A DNA stretch of 64,000 nt, from contig JAFQBH010000014.1 of assembly GCA_017399765.1 (NCBI GenBank), forward strand, positions 3,162 to 67,161, written 5' to 3'. Made by a program: the position numbers and the translations under genes. Source of the stretch: Oscillospiraceae bacterium (lineage in GTDB: Bacteria; Bacillota; Clostridia; Oscillospirales; Ruminococcaceae). The notes under the pieces were generated by a model. That model made no database searches, was not told the origin of the DNA, and saw nothing but the letters and a program-made list of their open reading frames with translations. This document shows, in pieces, positions 37,053 through 46,292 of the stretch (its first letter is position 1; each line of letters starts with the position of its first letter).

Positions 37053-39143
37053 TCATACGCTGAAAAGAAGATCTCGGTATGCAGGGAATGGCCAATATTC
37101 ATCGCCGACCATAACTTCAAGCTCGTCCGCAATTTCGCGAAGCTTGTGAAGGGTCGGATAAAGCTCATCGCAAACGTATCTTGCCTGGGAATGTATTTCC
37201 TTAATGGTCTTTGCCTTTGCGCTTCGTTCTTCAACAATTTCGACCCTGCGCTCAAGTTCTTTTATAAGTCCGTCCATTTTTCTTACAAAAGAAACTTCCG
37301 TGCTTTCGGAAACGTCGATTCCGATAGATTTTTTCGCAACGGCGGTTTCCGCAAGAACTTTTTCAAATTCAAGACAGGCGGGCATTATATCTTTTCTTAC
37401 CATATCGATCATGGTGAGAGCTTCGATTATTTCGATTTTGCTGTAATTTTCGAGCAAAATTTCCTGGCGGGAACGGATTTCGTTTTCGGTATAAATTTTA
37501 TGACGGGCAAAAAGTTCAATATTCTTTTTATCCGGATAATGTTCAAGAGCGTCAACGGCGTTCCTGAAATTGCAAAGTCCGCGTTTTTCCGCTTCGGAAA
37601 CCCATTCTTCGCTGTAGTTGTTTCCGTTGAAGATTATGCGTTTATGGTCACGCATTGTTTCCGCAATAAGGGCGTTGACTTCGGAATCAAAATCCTCCGC
37701 TTTTTCAAGTCTGTCCGCAAAATCCCTAAGAACATCCGCAACGCCGGTGTTGAGCATTACGTTCGGGCAGGCAATGGATATGCTCGAACCGGGCATACGG
37801 AATTCGAACTTGTTGCCGGTGAAAGCGAAGGGCGAAGTTCTGTTGCGGTCGGATTTATCCTTAAGAAATTCCGGAACGGAAGCAACGCCGGTTTCCATTT
37901 TTTCCGCGTTCCATTCCTTTGTTCCGTGGCCTTCCTCAACGGAAGTGAGAATATTGGTTATATAATCACCAAGGAACATCGAAATAATTGCGGGAGGAGC
38001 TTCGCTTCCGCCAAGGCGGCGGTCGTTTCCTGCGGTTGCAACGGAAATTCGGAGAAGATCCTGGTTTTCATCAACTGCGCGGATAACCGCGCACATAAAG
38101 AGCTGGAACTGCTTATTGGTTTCCGGGGTTTTTCCGGGGCTGAAAAGGTTTTTTCCGGTATCGGTGGTAAGGGACCAGTTGTTATGCTTACCGCTTCCGT
38201 TAACCCCGCGGAAGGGTTTTTCGTGGAGAAGGCAGGCAAGGTCATGGCGCTCCGCAACCTTTTTCATAATTTCCATTGTGAGCTGGTTATGGTCGGTTGC
38301 AAGGTTGACTCTGCAGTAACCGGGAGCAAGCTCATGCTGGCTGGGTGCAGCTTCGTTATGCTTGGTTTTTGCGTAAACTCCAAGTTTCCAAAGTTCCTCA
38401 TCAAGGTCCTTCATAAAGGCGGCAACGCGCGGACGGAGAGTTCCGAAATAATGGTCCTCCATCTCCTGGCCTTTTGGCGGCGGTGCGCCGAAAAGGGTTC
38501 TTCCGGTTATAACAAGGTCCTTGCGCTTTTTATACTGTTTTCTGTCAACAAGGAAATATTCCTGCTCTGCGCCGGCGGTTGCAAAAACCCGCTTTGCTTC
38601 GGTATCGCCGAAAAGGCGCACAACGCGAAGAGCTTCCTTGCATACCGCTTCGGTTGAACGAAGAAGAGGCGTTTTTTTGTCGAGGACTTCACCGCTGTAG
38701 GAACAGAAAACCGTTGGAATACAAAGGGAACCGTCTTTTACAAAAGCAAAGGAAGTGGGGTCCCATGCAGTATAGCCCCTTGCTTCAAAAGTTGCGCGAA
38801 GTCCGCCGGAAGGAAAGCTGGAAGCATCCGGCTCGCCTTTTATAAGGTGTTTTCCGCGGAAATCAAGCCCGACTCCGCCGACTCCGTCCGGCTGGATAAA
38901 GCTGTCGTGCTTTTCCGCCGAAAGACCGGTCATGGGCTGGAACCAATGGGTGTAATGGGTTGCGCCTTTTTCGATTGCCCAATTCATCATTGCTTCCGCA
39001 ACAGCATTGGCAACTTCGGAATCCATTTCGCCTCCGTTATCGATTATATCTTCGATTCTTTCAAAAATTTCCGGAGAAAGACGCTGTCGCATGACATCCT
39101 TATTAAAAACCATGCTTCCGAAATAATCGGTAAATTTTGCCAT
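37053..39143 (-). CDS. glnN: Type III glutamine synthetase
   Basis: About 696 aa. GSIII-type N-domain, core ...HNEAAPSQHELAP... and KPF.GVNGSGKHNNWS. Start is the ATG at 39143 or 39152. Confidence 0.9.
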   Translation of the reverse strand: MAKFTDYFGSMVFNKDVMRQRLSPEIFERIEDIIDNGGEMDSEVANAVAEAMMNWAIEKGATHYTHWFQPMTGLSAEKHDSFIQPDGVGGVGLDFRGKHLIKGEPDASSFPSGGLRATFEARGYTAWDPTSFAFVKDGSLCIPTVFCSYSGEVLDKKTPLLRSTEAVCKEALRVVRLFGDTEAKRVFATAGAEQEYFLVDRKQYKKRKDLVITGRTLFGAPPPKGQEMEDHYFGTLRPRVAAFMKDLDEELWKLGVYAKTKHNEAAPSQHELAPGYCRVNLATDHNQLTMEIMKKVAERHDLACLLHEKPFRGVNGSGKHNNWSLTTDTGKNLFSPGKTPETNKQFQLFMCAVIRAVDENQDLLRISVATAGNDRRLGGSEAPPAIISMFLGDYITNILTSVEEGHGTKEWNAEKMETGVASVPEFLKDKSDRNRTSPFAFTGNKFEFRMPGSSISIACPNVMLNTGVADVLRDFADRLEKAEDFDSEVNALIAETMRDHKRIIFNGNNYSEEWVSEAEKRGLCNFRNAVDALEHYPDKKNIELFARHKIYTENEIRSRQEILLENYSKIEIIEALTMIDMVRKDIMPACLEFEKVLAETAVAKKSIGIDVSESTEVSFVRKMDGLIKELERRVEIVEERSAKAKTIKEIHSQARYVCDELYPTLHKLREIADELEVMVGDEYWPFPAYRDLLFSV

Positions 39144-39181
39144 GCATTGCACCCGCTTTCTTTGTATTATTATACATTATG

Positions 39182-39210
39182 ATACTACCACCGTAAAATT
39201 AAAGTGTCAA
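39182..39210 (-). promoter_or_regulatory. Sigma-A promoter of glnN
   Basis: Minus strand TTGACA-17 nt-TAGTAT. Confidence 0.6.
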
Positions 39211-39252
39211 CAAAAAAATACAATTTACGCCTGTTTCTTTTTTGACAAAGCG

Positions 39253-39281
39253 TTGACATCAAAATTTTTAAAAACTATAAT
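39253..39281 (+). promoter_or_regulatory. Consensus sigma-A promoter of the Zn-ribbon/MATE operon
   Basis: TTGACA-17 nt-TATAAT. Confidence 0.65.
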
Positions 39282-39315
39282 TGCATTTGTAAGTTCTTTT
39301 AAAAGAGGCGTTTTT

Positions 39316-39498
39316 ATGGAATGTATAAAATGCAAAAACGAAATGACAAAGGCAAAGTTTTTAAGTTTTGGCGGATTCCAGATCGAAAGTGAAACAAAAT
39401 CGATTTTTGAAACCCCGGAAAGAAGCAACATCGAAGTTTATGTCTGCAACAAATGCGGATATGTTGAACTTAAAGCCACCGATTATAAAAAATTCTGA
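39316..39498 (+). CDS. Small zinc-ribbon protein (60 aa)
   Basis: MECIKCKNEM...VCNKCGYVEL (CxxC...CxxC) with RBS AAGAGG. The track ORF start at 39142 is an upstream extension. Confidence 0.6.
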   Translation: MECIKCKNEMTKAKFLSFGGFQIESETKSIFETPERSNIEVYVCNKCGYVELKATDYKKF

Positions 39499-39504
39499 TG
39501 CCCT

Positions 39505-40887
39505 ATGATAAAAAATTATTTTAAAAAACTGAATCCGGCAATGCTTGCCGTAATCTGGTCCCTTGCCTGGCCGACCATGCTCGAACAGGCAATGCAAACC
39601 GCAGTTCAATATATCGACACCGCAATGGTCGGTGCTCTTGGAACGGCAGCAACCGCGGCAGTCGGTTCAACGAGCACCGTTAACTGGCTCATAAGCAGCA
39701 GCATTTCCGCCATGAGCATCGGTTTTCTTGCTTTTATTGCAAAGGCAAGAGGCGCCGGCGAAGAAGAAAAAGCAAGGCGCGCAGTTGGCCAATCGGTTCT
39801 TGCCGTTCTTGTTTTCGGAACGTTTTTTACCGTTCTTGCCCTTTCATTAAGCGGTCTTGTTCCGGTCTGGATGCAGGTCGACGAAAACATCAGGGAACTT
39901 TCTTCCCGATATTTTTTCATCGTCTATGTTCCGATGCTCCCCCGAACCGCAAGCATTATTTTCGGAACGGTCCTTCGCGCTTCCGGCGATACAAAAACGC
40001 CTATGAAAATCGGCGTTATAATGAATCTCACGAACGTCGTGCTCAACTTCCTGCTCATTTATGAAACCCGCGTGCTCAAAATTTTCGGAACTGAATTTAC
40101 GATGCTCGGCGCGGGACTTGGGGTAATCGGCGCAGCCATTGCAAGCGCAGTTGCTTTCACCATCGGCGGAATTCTTATTACGATTGTCCTTTGGAAGCAT
40201 CCGGCTCTTTCCCCGAAAGGTCAGAAAATCACTCCGGATACGGAAATCCTCCGTCCCTGCTTAAAAGTTGCGTTCCCGAATATGCTCCAGCGCTTCGGAA
40301 CTTCCCTTGGTTTTGTTGCTTTTGCTTCAATGATAAATTCTCTCGGCGAAGTTTCAACAGCGGCGCACACCATTGCCAACACCGTTGAATCCGCTTTCTA
40401 TATCCCCGGTTTCGGAATGCAGACCGCCGCCGCGACCCTTAACGGAAACGCTTTCGGCGCAAAGGATAAACAGCGCATGCATGACCTTGCGAATATGTTT
40501 ATCCCGATTGAACTTTTCCTTATGACAATTTCCGGAGCAAGCCTTTTCGCCCTTGCGCCCGCCCTTATGGATATTTTCTCCGACAGTCCGGAAGTAATCC
40601 TTCTTGGTTCAACCGTTCTCCGCATGGTTGCGGTTTCGGAACCTTTCTATGGTTTCTCTATCATAATCGAAGGACTTATGCAAGGCGTTGGCAGAACGAA
40701 AGAACCTTTTGTTTATAACATAATGGGAATGTGGGGTATCCGTATCCTCGGAACTTTTATCTTCACCCAGCTTCTCGATATGACACTTGTTGCCGCCTGG
40801 GGCTGCATGATCGCTCATAATATGTTCCTTTTCACAATGTTCCTGCGGTGCTTCATAAAGAAAAAATGGAACCCTCTTGAAGGATAA
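39505..40887 (+). CDS. MATE-family efflux transporter
   Basis: 460 aa, 12 TM, typical N-terminus LAVIWSLAWPTMLEQAMQTAVQYIDTAMVG. Confidence 0.9.
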   Translation: MIKNYFKKLNPAMLAVIWSLAWPTMLEQAMQTAVQYIDTAMVGALGTAATAAVGSTSTVNWLISSSISAMSIGFLAFIAKARGAGEEEKARRAVGQSVLAVLVFGTFFTVLALSLSGLVPVWMQVDENIRELSSRYFFIVYVPMLPRTASIIFGTVLRASGDTKTPMKIGVIMNLTNVVLNFLLIYETRVLKIFGTEFTMLGAGLGVIGAAIASAVAFTIGGILITIVLWKHPALSPKGQKITPDTEILRPCLKVAFPNMLQRFGTSLGFVAFASMINSLGEVSTAAHTIANTVESAFYIPGFGMQTAAATLNGNAFGAKDKQRMHDLANMFIPIELFLMTISGASLFALAPALMDIFSDSPEVILLGSTVLRMVAVSEPFYGFSIIIEGLMQGVGRTKEPFVYNIMGMWGIRILGTFIFTQLLDMTLVAAWGCMIAHNMFLFTMFLRCFIKKKWNPLEG

Positions 40888-40929
40888 AAAAGACCTGCTG
40901 ATTACAAATCAGCAGGTCTTTCCTTTTTT
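40886..40929. terminator. Bidirectional intrinsic terminator
   Basis: AGACCTGCTGATT-ACAA-ATCAGCAGGTCT with flanking A/T runs. Confidence 0.85.
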
Positions 40930-41902
40930 ATTCAAGTTTAAAAATTTTGTTCAATGTTTCCGTTTCGGCTTCCGAAAGGGAAAAATATCCCCTTGCCCAG
41001 AACATTTCAACCGCCGGGTAATAGCTGATATAAAGTTCAAAACCGTTTTCGGAAACAAGAATTATCGAACAGCTTTTTTCAAGAAAAAGTTTTCTTGCAA
41101 GGACCGAAGGCGAACCGCCGGAAACTTTTTCGCCGTTTTGGTCAATATAGGAAACCGGGCCTTTAACTTTTTCGACGCAGCGCCCTTCCTTTTCATCGAA
41201 AACATAGTCTTCGTTTTTGTAAGTTTCGAAGAAAAGCTCTGCTTTTCTTTTGCTTTCTTCTTCCGGACCGAGGTTTTCCTTTCCGGAAAGGATTTCAAAA
41301 ACCCGCTCCCGTTCTTCCCCGTTTATTTCAAAAACCGTTTTTCCCCAGGAATAGCGGACTTCCATTTTTTCAAGGCTTTCCGGGAATCCGAAAATTTCAA
41401 AAACCGAATCGGAACTTTCGCCGATTTCAAGCTGAACCGGAATATATACCACATAAAATTCAAAACCTTCGGGCGTTTCGATTATGCAGATTTTGTCGGA
41501 ATCCGGATATTTAGTGAAGTGATAAACCCTGCTTCCGATGATATCATCTTCGCCTTCAACAACCGTTCCCATAAATTCGCCGATATCCTTTTCGGTGATT
41601 TCATAGCGGTTTTCTTCCGTAAGACCGATTTCATCTTCGCCGAGGATTCCGAATTCCTTACGCTCATCGCCTAAAATCGGGCCGTACATAACGTTTTCAA
41701 AGCCTTCGATTTTTGCAGGAATTTCCGATTGAACCTCATATTCAAGCGGTTTAACTTCCGCGCCGAAAATTATAACCGCGAATATGGCGGCAACCGCTGC
41801 CCATTTTATAAACGGAAACTTTTTCCTTTTGCTTTTTTCTGCCGCAAAAACAAGTTCCTCATCAATTTTTCCGATTGCATCGAGAAGAATTTCGTTTTTC
41901 AT
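40928..41902 (-). CDS. Single-pass membrane protein coupled to the ECF-like sigma factor (putative anti-sigma/partner)
   Basis: 4-nt overlap with the sigma gene. N-terminal cytoplasmic segment, TM WAAVAAIFAVIIFGA, extracytoplasmic domain of unknown fold. Confidence 0.55.
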   Translation of the reverse strand: MKNEILLDAIGKIDEELVFAAEKSKRKKFPFIKWAAVAAIFAVIIFGAEVKPLEYEVQSEIPAKIEGFENVMYGPILGDERKEFGILGEDEIGLTEENRYEITEKDIGEFMGTVVEGEDDIIGSRVYHFTKYPDSDKICIIETPEGFEFYVVYIPVQLEIGESSDSVFEIFGFPESLEKMEVRYSWGKTVFEINGEERERVFEILSGKENLGPEEESKRKAELFFETYKNEDYVFDEKEGRCVEKVKGPVSYIDQNGEKVSGGSPSVLARKLFLEKSCSIILVSENGFELYISYYPAVEMFWARGYFSLSEAETETLNKIFKLE

Positions 41903-42459
41903 AAAGCCGCGCCCTCCTTTTCAAGAAAATTTTTGAGTTCGTTTCTCATTCTGAAAAGGACCGAAGCTGTTTTGCTTTCGCTTATTCCGTAAATTTCTGC
42001 AATTTCTTTTACAGAATAAAGGTGCCAGTACCGGCGGATAAAAATGTTTCTTTTTTCTTCCGGCTGTTTCCAAAGAAATTTTTCAATGGCGGAAATAAGT
42101 TCCGCCTCCTCCACGGAAGTTTCAACATTTTCCGGCGAGGAAACGCATTCCGAAAGTTCCGAAAGAACAAGTTCCGTTTGTCCTCCGCCGCGTTTTTCCG
42201 CCTTTTTGTTCCGGAAAAGATTAAGCGAAAGATTCCTCGTTATTTTTCCGAGATAGGTCGAAAGCCGGTTCGGTTTTTTCGGCGGAATTGTTTTCCAGGC
42301 GCAAAGCCATGTATCGTTAAGGCATTCTTCCTCGTCTTCCGAATTAAAAAGAATGTTCCTTGCGATTTTTCGGCAATAAGGGCCGTATTTTACGGAAGTT
42401 TCCGAAATTGCGGTTTCGTCCCTTTTCCAAAAAAGGCCGATTATATCTTCGTCTTTCAA
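41899..42459 (-). CDS. Sigma-70-family (ECF-like) RNA polymerase sigma factor
   Basis: TTG start at 42459, 9 nt after GGAGG, gives MKDEDIIGLFWKRDETAISE. The track start at 42534 has no RBS. Region 2 (ECLNDTWLCAW) and region 4 HTH (YSVKEIAEIYGISESKTASVLFRMR) are present. Confidence 0.85.
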   Translation of the reverse strand: MKDEDIIGLFWKRDETAISETSVKYGPYCRKIARNILFNSEDEEECLNDTWLCAWKTIPPKKPNRLSTYLGKITRNLSLNLFRNKKAEKRGGGQTELVLSELSECVSSPENVETSVEEAELISAIEKFLWKQPEEKRNIFIRRYWHLYSVKEIAEIYGISESKTASVLFRMRNELKNFLEKEGAAL

Positions 42460-42544
42460 AAAAAGTTTCCTCCTTTCCGGTGTGTAAAAATCCTTTTCAC
42501 TTATATACACACCAAATTTCGGAAAATATTGCATTTTTTATATA

Positions 42545-42586
42545 AAAAAGGCACCGTTTTATAAAAGCGGTGCCAATTTTTTATTT
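42545..42586 (-). terminator. Intrinsic terminator after the surface protein gene
   Basis: GGCACCG...CGGTGCC hairpin with a T-run on the minus strand. Confidence 0.75.
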
Positions 42587-42593
42587 TTTCTTA

Positions 42594-43868
42594 TTATTCT
42601 TCATCAAGGCGTCTTCTTCCGATAAGGAAAAGAGCAACAGCTGCAGCAACAAGAATTACAAGAAGTGCAATAATGATCCATACCCAGAAAGGAATTCCGC
42701 CTTTGTTATCGTCATCGTCTTCGGGTTCTTCAACTTCTCCGCCGATTACATCAACTTCGGGTTCGGATTCGGAAGGAACTTCCGGTTCAGATTCAGATTC
42801 GGGCTCGGAAGGAATTTCGGGTTCGGATTCGGAGGGAACTTCGGGTTCGGATTCAGATTCGGGCTCGGAAGGAACTTCCGGCTGAGATTCCGGTTCGGAA
42901 GGAGTTTCCGGAACAGAAGAGGAAGAGGAACTGGAAGCGGGTTCTTCAACCTTTTCGGTTACGGTAACGTCAAAGGTTACGGTGTTTACATCATCACCTT
43001 CGCCGTGGCTTACGGTAACGGTCTGGGTTCCCACGGTATCAAGAGTGGTAACGTCGGTTTTAAAGCCTTCGGTAATATCTTCCGCACTGCCGTCACCTTT
43101 GTGAAGACGAACGGTCATTCCGGTGGTGTCAAGGGTCTCGCCAACGGTGTATGTGAGTTTGGAAGGTTTCTGGTAAACTTCAATTCTGAGAACATCGTTG
43201 GGATCTGCATATTTGAAAGTTACGCGGAAAGAATCCTGGCGAACAACAAGAGTACCTTTTGCGTTACCCGGAGCTTTTACGAAAACTTCAACAGTCTGGG
43301 CTTCATCGCTGGTGAATACTGCGGGTTCAACCCATGCAAGATCGGTTACGTCGATTTCGGAAGGTTCATACATTTCAGAATCTTCATCATAATTATAGGC
43401 AATCGCAGTAACTTTCATTCCGGTAAGGTCAACGGTGTCGCCAAGGTAATATTCGGTTTTTGTGGGCCAATGATGAAGATAAATGGAATCGATGTAATCG
43501 AAAGGTGCCTCTTCACCAACAGTAATGGTGTAATCCACTTTGGAAACAACGGTTTTTCCGTCTTCCTGTTTGTAGGTTACGGAAAAATTATATGTACCTG
43601 CTTTGGTCGGGGTTCCTTCAAGAGTCATTTTGAAAACATAGTTTCCGAATTTACTTTTGTAAGCCCAGCTTCCGGAAAGGGACATGCCGTCCGGAATAGA
43701 ACCGCTTTTGCTGTAAGTTTTTGCGCCTACTACGTTGTCGATTACCATTTCAAAAGCCTGGTCTTCATATGCGCCTTTGATTTCCTTGGGTGCTGCAAAT
43801 GCCTGTACGGGAAGCATCAGCACAATCATAAGCACAGCGATTAAAACGCTGAGAATTCTTTTTTTCAT
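42594..43868 (-). CDS. Type I membrane-anchored surface protein with bacterial Ig-like domains and acidic P/E/S repeat stalk
   Basis: Signal peptide MKKRILSVLIAVLMIVLMLPVQAFA. Ig-like repeats (KTEYYLGDTVDLTGMKVTA, KLTYTVGETLDTTGMTVRL). SEPE repeats. C-terminal TM GIPFWVWIIIALLVILVAAAVALFLI. No LPXTG. Confidence 0.8.
   Translation of the reverse strand: MKKRILSVLIAVLMIVLMLPVQAFAAPKEIKGAYEDQAFEMVIDNVVGAKTYSKSGSIPDGMSLSGSWAYKSKFGNYVFKMTLEGTPTKAGTYNFSVTYKQEDGKTVVSKVDYTITVGEEAPFDYIDSIYLHHWPTKTEYYLGDTVDLTGMKVTAIAYNYDEDSEMYEPSEIDVTDLAWVEPAVFTSDEAQTVEVFVKAPGNAKGTLVVRQDSFRVTFKYADPNDVLRIEVYQKPSKLTYTVGETLDTTGMTVRLHKGDGSAEDITEGFKTDVTTLDTVGTQTVTVSHGEGDDVNTVTFDVTVTEKVEEPASSSSSSSVPETPSEPESQPEVPSEPESESEPEVPSESEPEIPSEPESESEPEVPSESEPEVDVIGGEVEEPEDDDDNKGGIPFWVWIIIALLVILVAAAVALFLIGRRRLDEE
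42758..42877 (-). repeat. Tandem 60-nt coding repeat (2 copies, 4 mismatches) encoding PSEPESESEPEVPSESEPE units
   Basis: Copy 1 at 42758-42817 and copy 2 at 42818-42877, with a degenerate partial copy following. Confidence 0.85.
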
Positions 43869-44026
43869 TTAATATCCTCCTTAAAAATTAAAAGGCATAA
43901 TTTTATACGATACTATTTTACGACAAATCACAAAATACTTCAAGCTATTTTTGGTAATTATATCACCATAATAAGGCTGATTTGGAATAAATAAAGTAAA
44001 TTTTTTGTTAACAAGTGAAATAGTTT

Positions 44027-44059
44027 AAAAAAAGCGGCCCGGAAACACCGGACCGCTTT
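44027..44059 (-). terminator. Intrinsic terminator after the uracil permease gene
   Basis: AAGCGGCCCGG-AAACA-CCGGACCGCTT with a T-run on the minus strand. Confidence 0.75.
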
Positions 44060-44078
44060 ACAGCATTTCTGATATTTT

Positions 44079-45431
44079 TTATGCCTCTTTTTCTTTGAGA
44101 AGCTGGTTAACAATAATACCAACGATAAGGGAAGCGGCAATGGAAGTGATCTGGAGAGCGCCGAAATCAAGCATGAAACCACCTATACCGAGAACGAGAA
44201 TGGAGCTTACAACAAAGAGATTGTGTTCTTTGTTAAGGTCAACGGTCTGGATCATTTTAAGACCGGAAACAGCGATGAAACCATAAAGAGCGGTGCAGAT
44301 TCCGCCGAGAACGCAGCTGGGAATGGTGTTGACAAAAGCTACGAAGGGGCTGAAGAAAGCAAGAAGAATGGAAAGAAGCGCCGCAGTTCTGATGGTTACA
44401 ATGGAAGCGTTTTTGGTGATTGCAACGCAGCCTACGGATTCGCCATAAGTGGTGTTGGGGCAGCAGCCGAAAAATGCACCCGCCATGGAACCGACACCGT
44501 CACCGAGGAGGGTTTTATCAAGACCGGGTTCAGCAAGAAGATCGCGTTCGATGATGGAAGAAATGTTCTTGTGGTCAGCAACATGTTCCGCAAAAACAAC
44601 GAATGCAACGGGAGCATAAAGAAGAGTAAGGGTTCCGAAATCCGCAAGGGTCATTGCGAAGTTTCCGCCGGTAATTTCTTTAAATGCTTCGACGAATGCA
44701 AACTTCGGCATATGGAAGAATGTTCCGAGAGAAAGAGTGCTGAAGTTATTTACAAGTGCGGAATAATCGATGATTTTGAGAGCTTCAACGTTTGCAAGGT
44801 TACCGATTACGGTGAAAACGGAAGCAAGAACATAGCCGGCAAGAACGCCGATGATAAAGGGGATAAGTTTTGCAAAACCTTTGCCTTTGGTGGAAACCCA
44901 GATGGTTACGCCGAAAGTGAAAAGACCGCAAACAATTGCTGCAAGGCTGTAGGTTGCTCCGGTTGCGGAAGCTTTTGTAAGGTCGCCGACTGCGTTTCCT
45001 GCAAGAGAAAGTCCGATAAGAGCAACGGTGGGTCCGATTACAACGGTGGGCATAAGCTTGTTGAGCCAGCCGGAACCGACAGCTTTAACAAGAAGAGCGA
45101 TTACGACATATACAAGACCTGCAAAAACAGCGCCGAGAACGATTCCGAAGAAACCGAAAACGGTTGCGGAATACATTGAAGAAAGGAAGGCAAAGGAGCT
45201 TCCGAGGAAAACAGGGCTTTTCTTTTTGGTGAAGAACTGATAAACAAGGGTGCCGACACCTGCGCCGAGAAGTGCCGCTGCGGGGTCCATTTCAAGGTTG
45301 ACTGCGCCGTAAGCGTTTACAAGGATCGGAACTACGATTGTTGCGGTGATAATTGCCAAAAGCTGCTGGAATGCGAAGACGATAAGCTGGTTGAATTTCG
45401 GTTTGTCTTCAACGTTGTAGATGAGTTTCAT
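44079..45431 (-). CDS. pyrP: NCS2-family uracil/xanthine permease
   Basis: 450 aa, about 14 TM, NCS2-type blocks (GLQQLLAI-like FAFQQLLAIITATIVVP; TTYGESVG). Directly downstream of pyrR. Confidence 0.85.
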   Translation of the reverse strand: MKLIYNVEDKPKFNQLIVFAFQQLLAIITATIVVPILVNAYGAVNLEMDPAAALLGAGVGTLVYQFFTKKKSPVFLGSSFAFLSSMYSATVFGFFGIVLGAVFAGLVYVVIALLVKAVGSGWLNKLMPTVVIGPTVALIGLSLAGNAVGDLTKASATGATYSLAAIVCGLFTFGVTIWVSTKGKGFAKLIPFIIGVLAGYVLASVFTVIGNLANVEALKIIDYSALVNNFSTLSLGTFFHMPKFAFVEAFKEITGGNFAMTLADFGTLTLLYAPVAFVVFAEHVADHKNISSIIERDLLAEPGLDKTLLGDGVGSMAGAFFGCCPNTTYGESVGCVAITKNASIVTIRTAALLSILLAFFSPFVAFVNTIPSCVLGGICTALYGFIAVSGLKMIQTVDLNKEHNLFVVSSILVLGIGGFMLDFGALQITSIAASLIVGIIVNQLLKEKEA

Positions 45432-45461
45432 CTTGGGGTTTCCTCCTTTTAAAAAAGGTTT

Positions 45462-45998
45462 TTATTTTGTAAAAAGCTTTACGCCGAACTCGCCGTCAAT
45501 GGAAGGGACGCGAACGGAAATAAGCTCCTCACGCGAAGTTGGAATGTTTTTGCCCACAAAATCCGGACGAATCGGAAGTTCCCGGTGGCCGCGGTCTATC
45601 ACCGCCGCAAGCTGAATAAACGCCGGCCTTCCGTGTTTAAGAAGACAGTCTATTGCCGCGCGGGTGGTTCTTCCGGTGTGGATAACGTCATCAACAAGAA
45701 CAATGGTTTTTCCCGTGACGTCAAAAGGAAGATCCGCTCCGGTTATGGTCGGATCATGGAAAGAATGGTCAACGTCGTCGCGGTAAAAACTTATATCAAT
45801 AGTTCCGACCGGAACTTTTGTGCCTTCAATGGTCAAAATATTATCCCTGATAATTTCTGCAATGGGAACACCGCGGGTTTTGATCCCCACAAGGCAAAGG
45901 TTTTCCGTTCCGCCGTTGCGTTCAAGAATCTGGTGTGAAATTCTTATAAGACAGCGTTTTACGGCATCGGAATCCATAAGATCGGATTTGAATTCCAT
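45462..45998 (-). CDS. pyrR: Bifunctional pyr mRNA-binding attenuation protein / uracil phosphoribosyltransferase
   Basis: ATG at 45998 with RBS GGTGG. The track GTG at 46010 is 4 codons upstream. PRPP motif IVLVDDVIHTGRT. N-terminus aligns with B. subtilis PyrR. Confidence 0.9.
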   Translation of the reverse strand: MEFKSDLMDSDAVKRCLIRISHQILERNGGTENLCLVGIKTRGVPIAEIIRDNILTIEGTKVPVGTIDISFYRDDVDHSFHDPTITGADLPFDVTGKTIVLVDDVIHTGRTTRAAIDCLLKHGRPAFIQLAAVIDRGHRELPIRPDFVGKNIPTSREELISVRVPSIDGEFGVKLFTK

Positions 45999-46020
45999 TT
46001 TTTCGACCACCTTCCGGCAA

Positions 46021-46137
46021 CAAAAAACGGTTCTGCCAAAAAGACCTTTTTGGCAGAACCGTAAAACTCCAGTTTATTGCGCATATTTTCGGGGTTTATG
46101 ATCTTGCCGGTCTCTCTGTACCGTCTTTTAAAGATCC
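46021..46137 (-). promoter_or_regulatory. PyrR-dependent transcription attenuator (binding hairpin + terminator)
   Basis: Minus strand: GAUCUU..GACGGUACAGAGAGACCGGC..AAGAUC hairpin resembling the PyrR ..CCAGAGAGG.. loop. It is followed by ACGGUUCUGCCAAAAAGGUCUUUUUGGCAGAACCGU + UUUUUU. Confidence 0.65.
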
Positions 46138-46147
46138 TGTTTTTTAC

Positions 46148-46176
46148 ATAATACCACCGAAAAGCCTAAAATGCAA
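46148..46176 (-). promoter_or_regulatory. Sigma-A promoter of the pyrR-pyrP operon
   Basis: Minus strand TTGCAT-17 nt-TATTAT. Confidence 0.55.
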
Positions 46177-46292
46177 TTATTTTTTACAAAAAATGCAAAG
46201 CCGCTTTGGGTTTAAAACGAATACTTGTTTTAATCCATGATTAAGATTATAATACAGACATAAAATCCTTTATACAAAGGGGCTGAAAAATT

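Noticed and set aside
42742-42905. Regular short repeats could be mistaken for a CRISPR-like array.
   Set aside because: They are in-frame coding repeats (SEPE units) inside a surface protein gene, directly tandem without spacers. No cas genes are present in the window.
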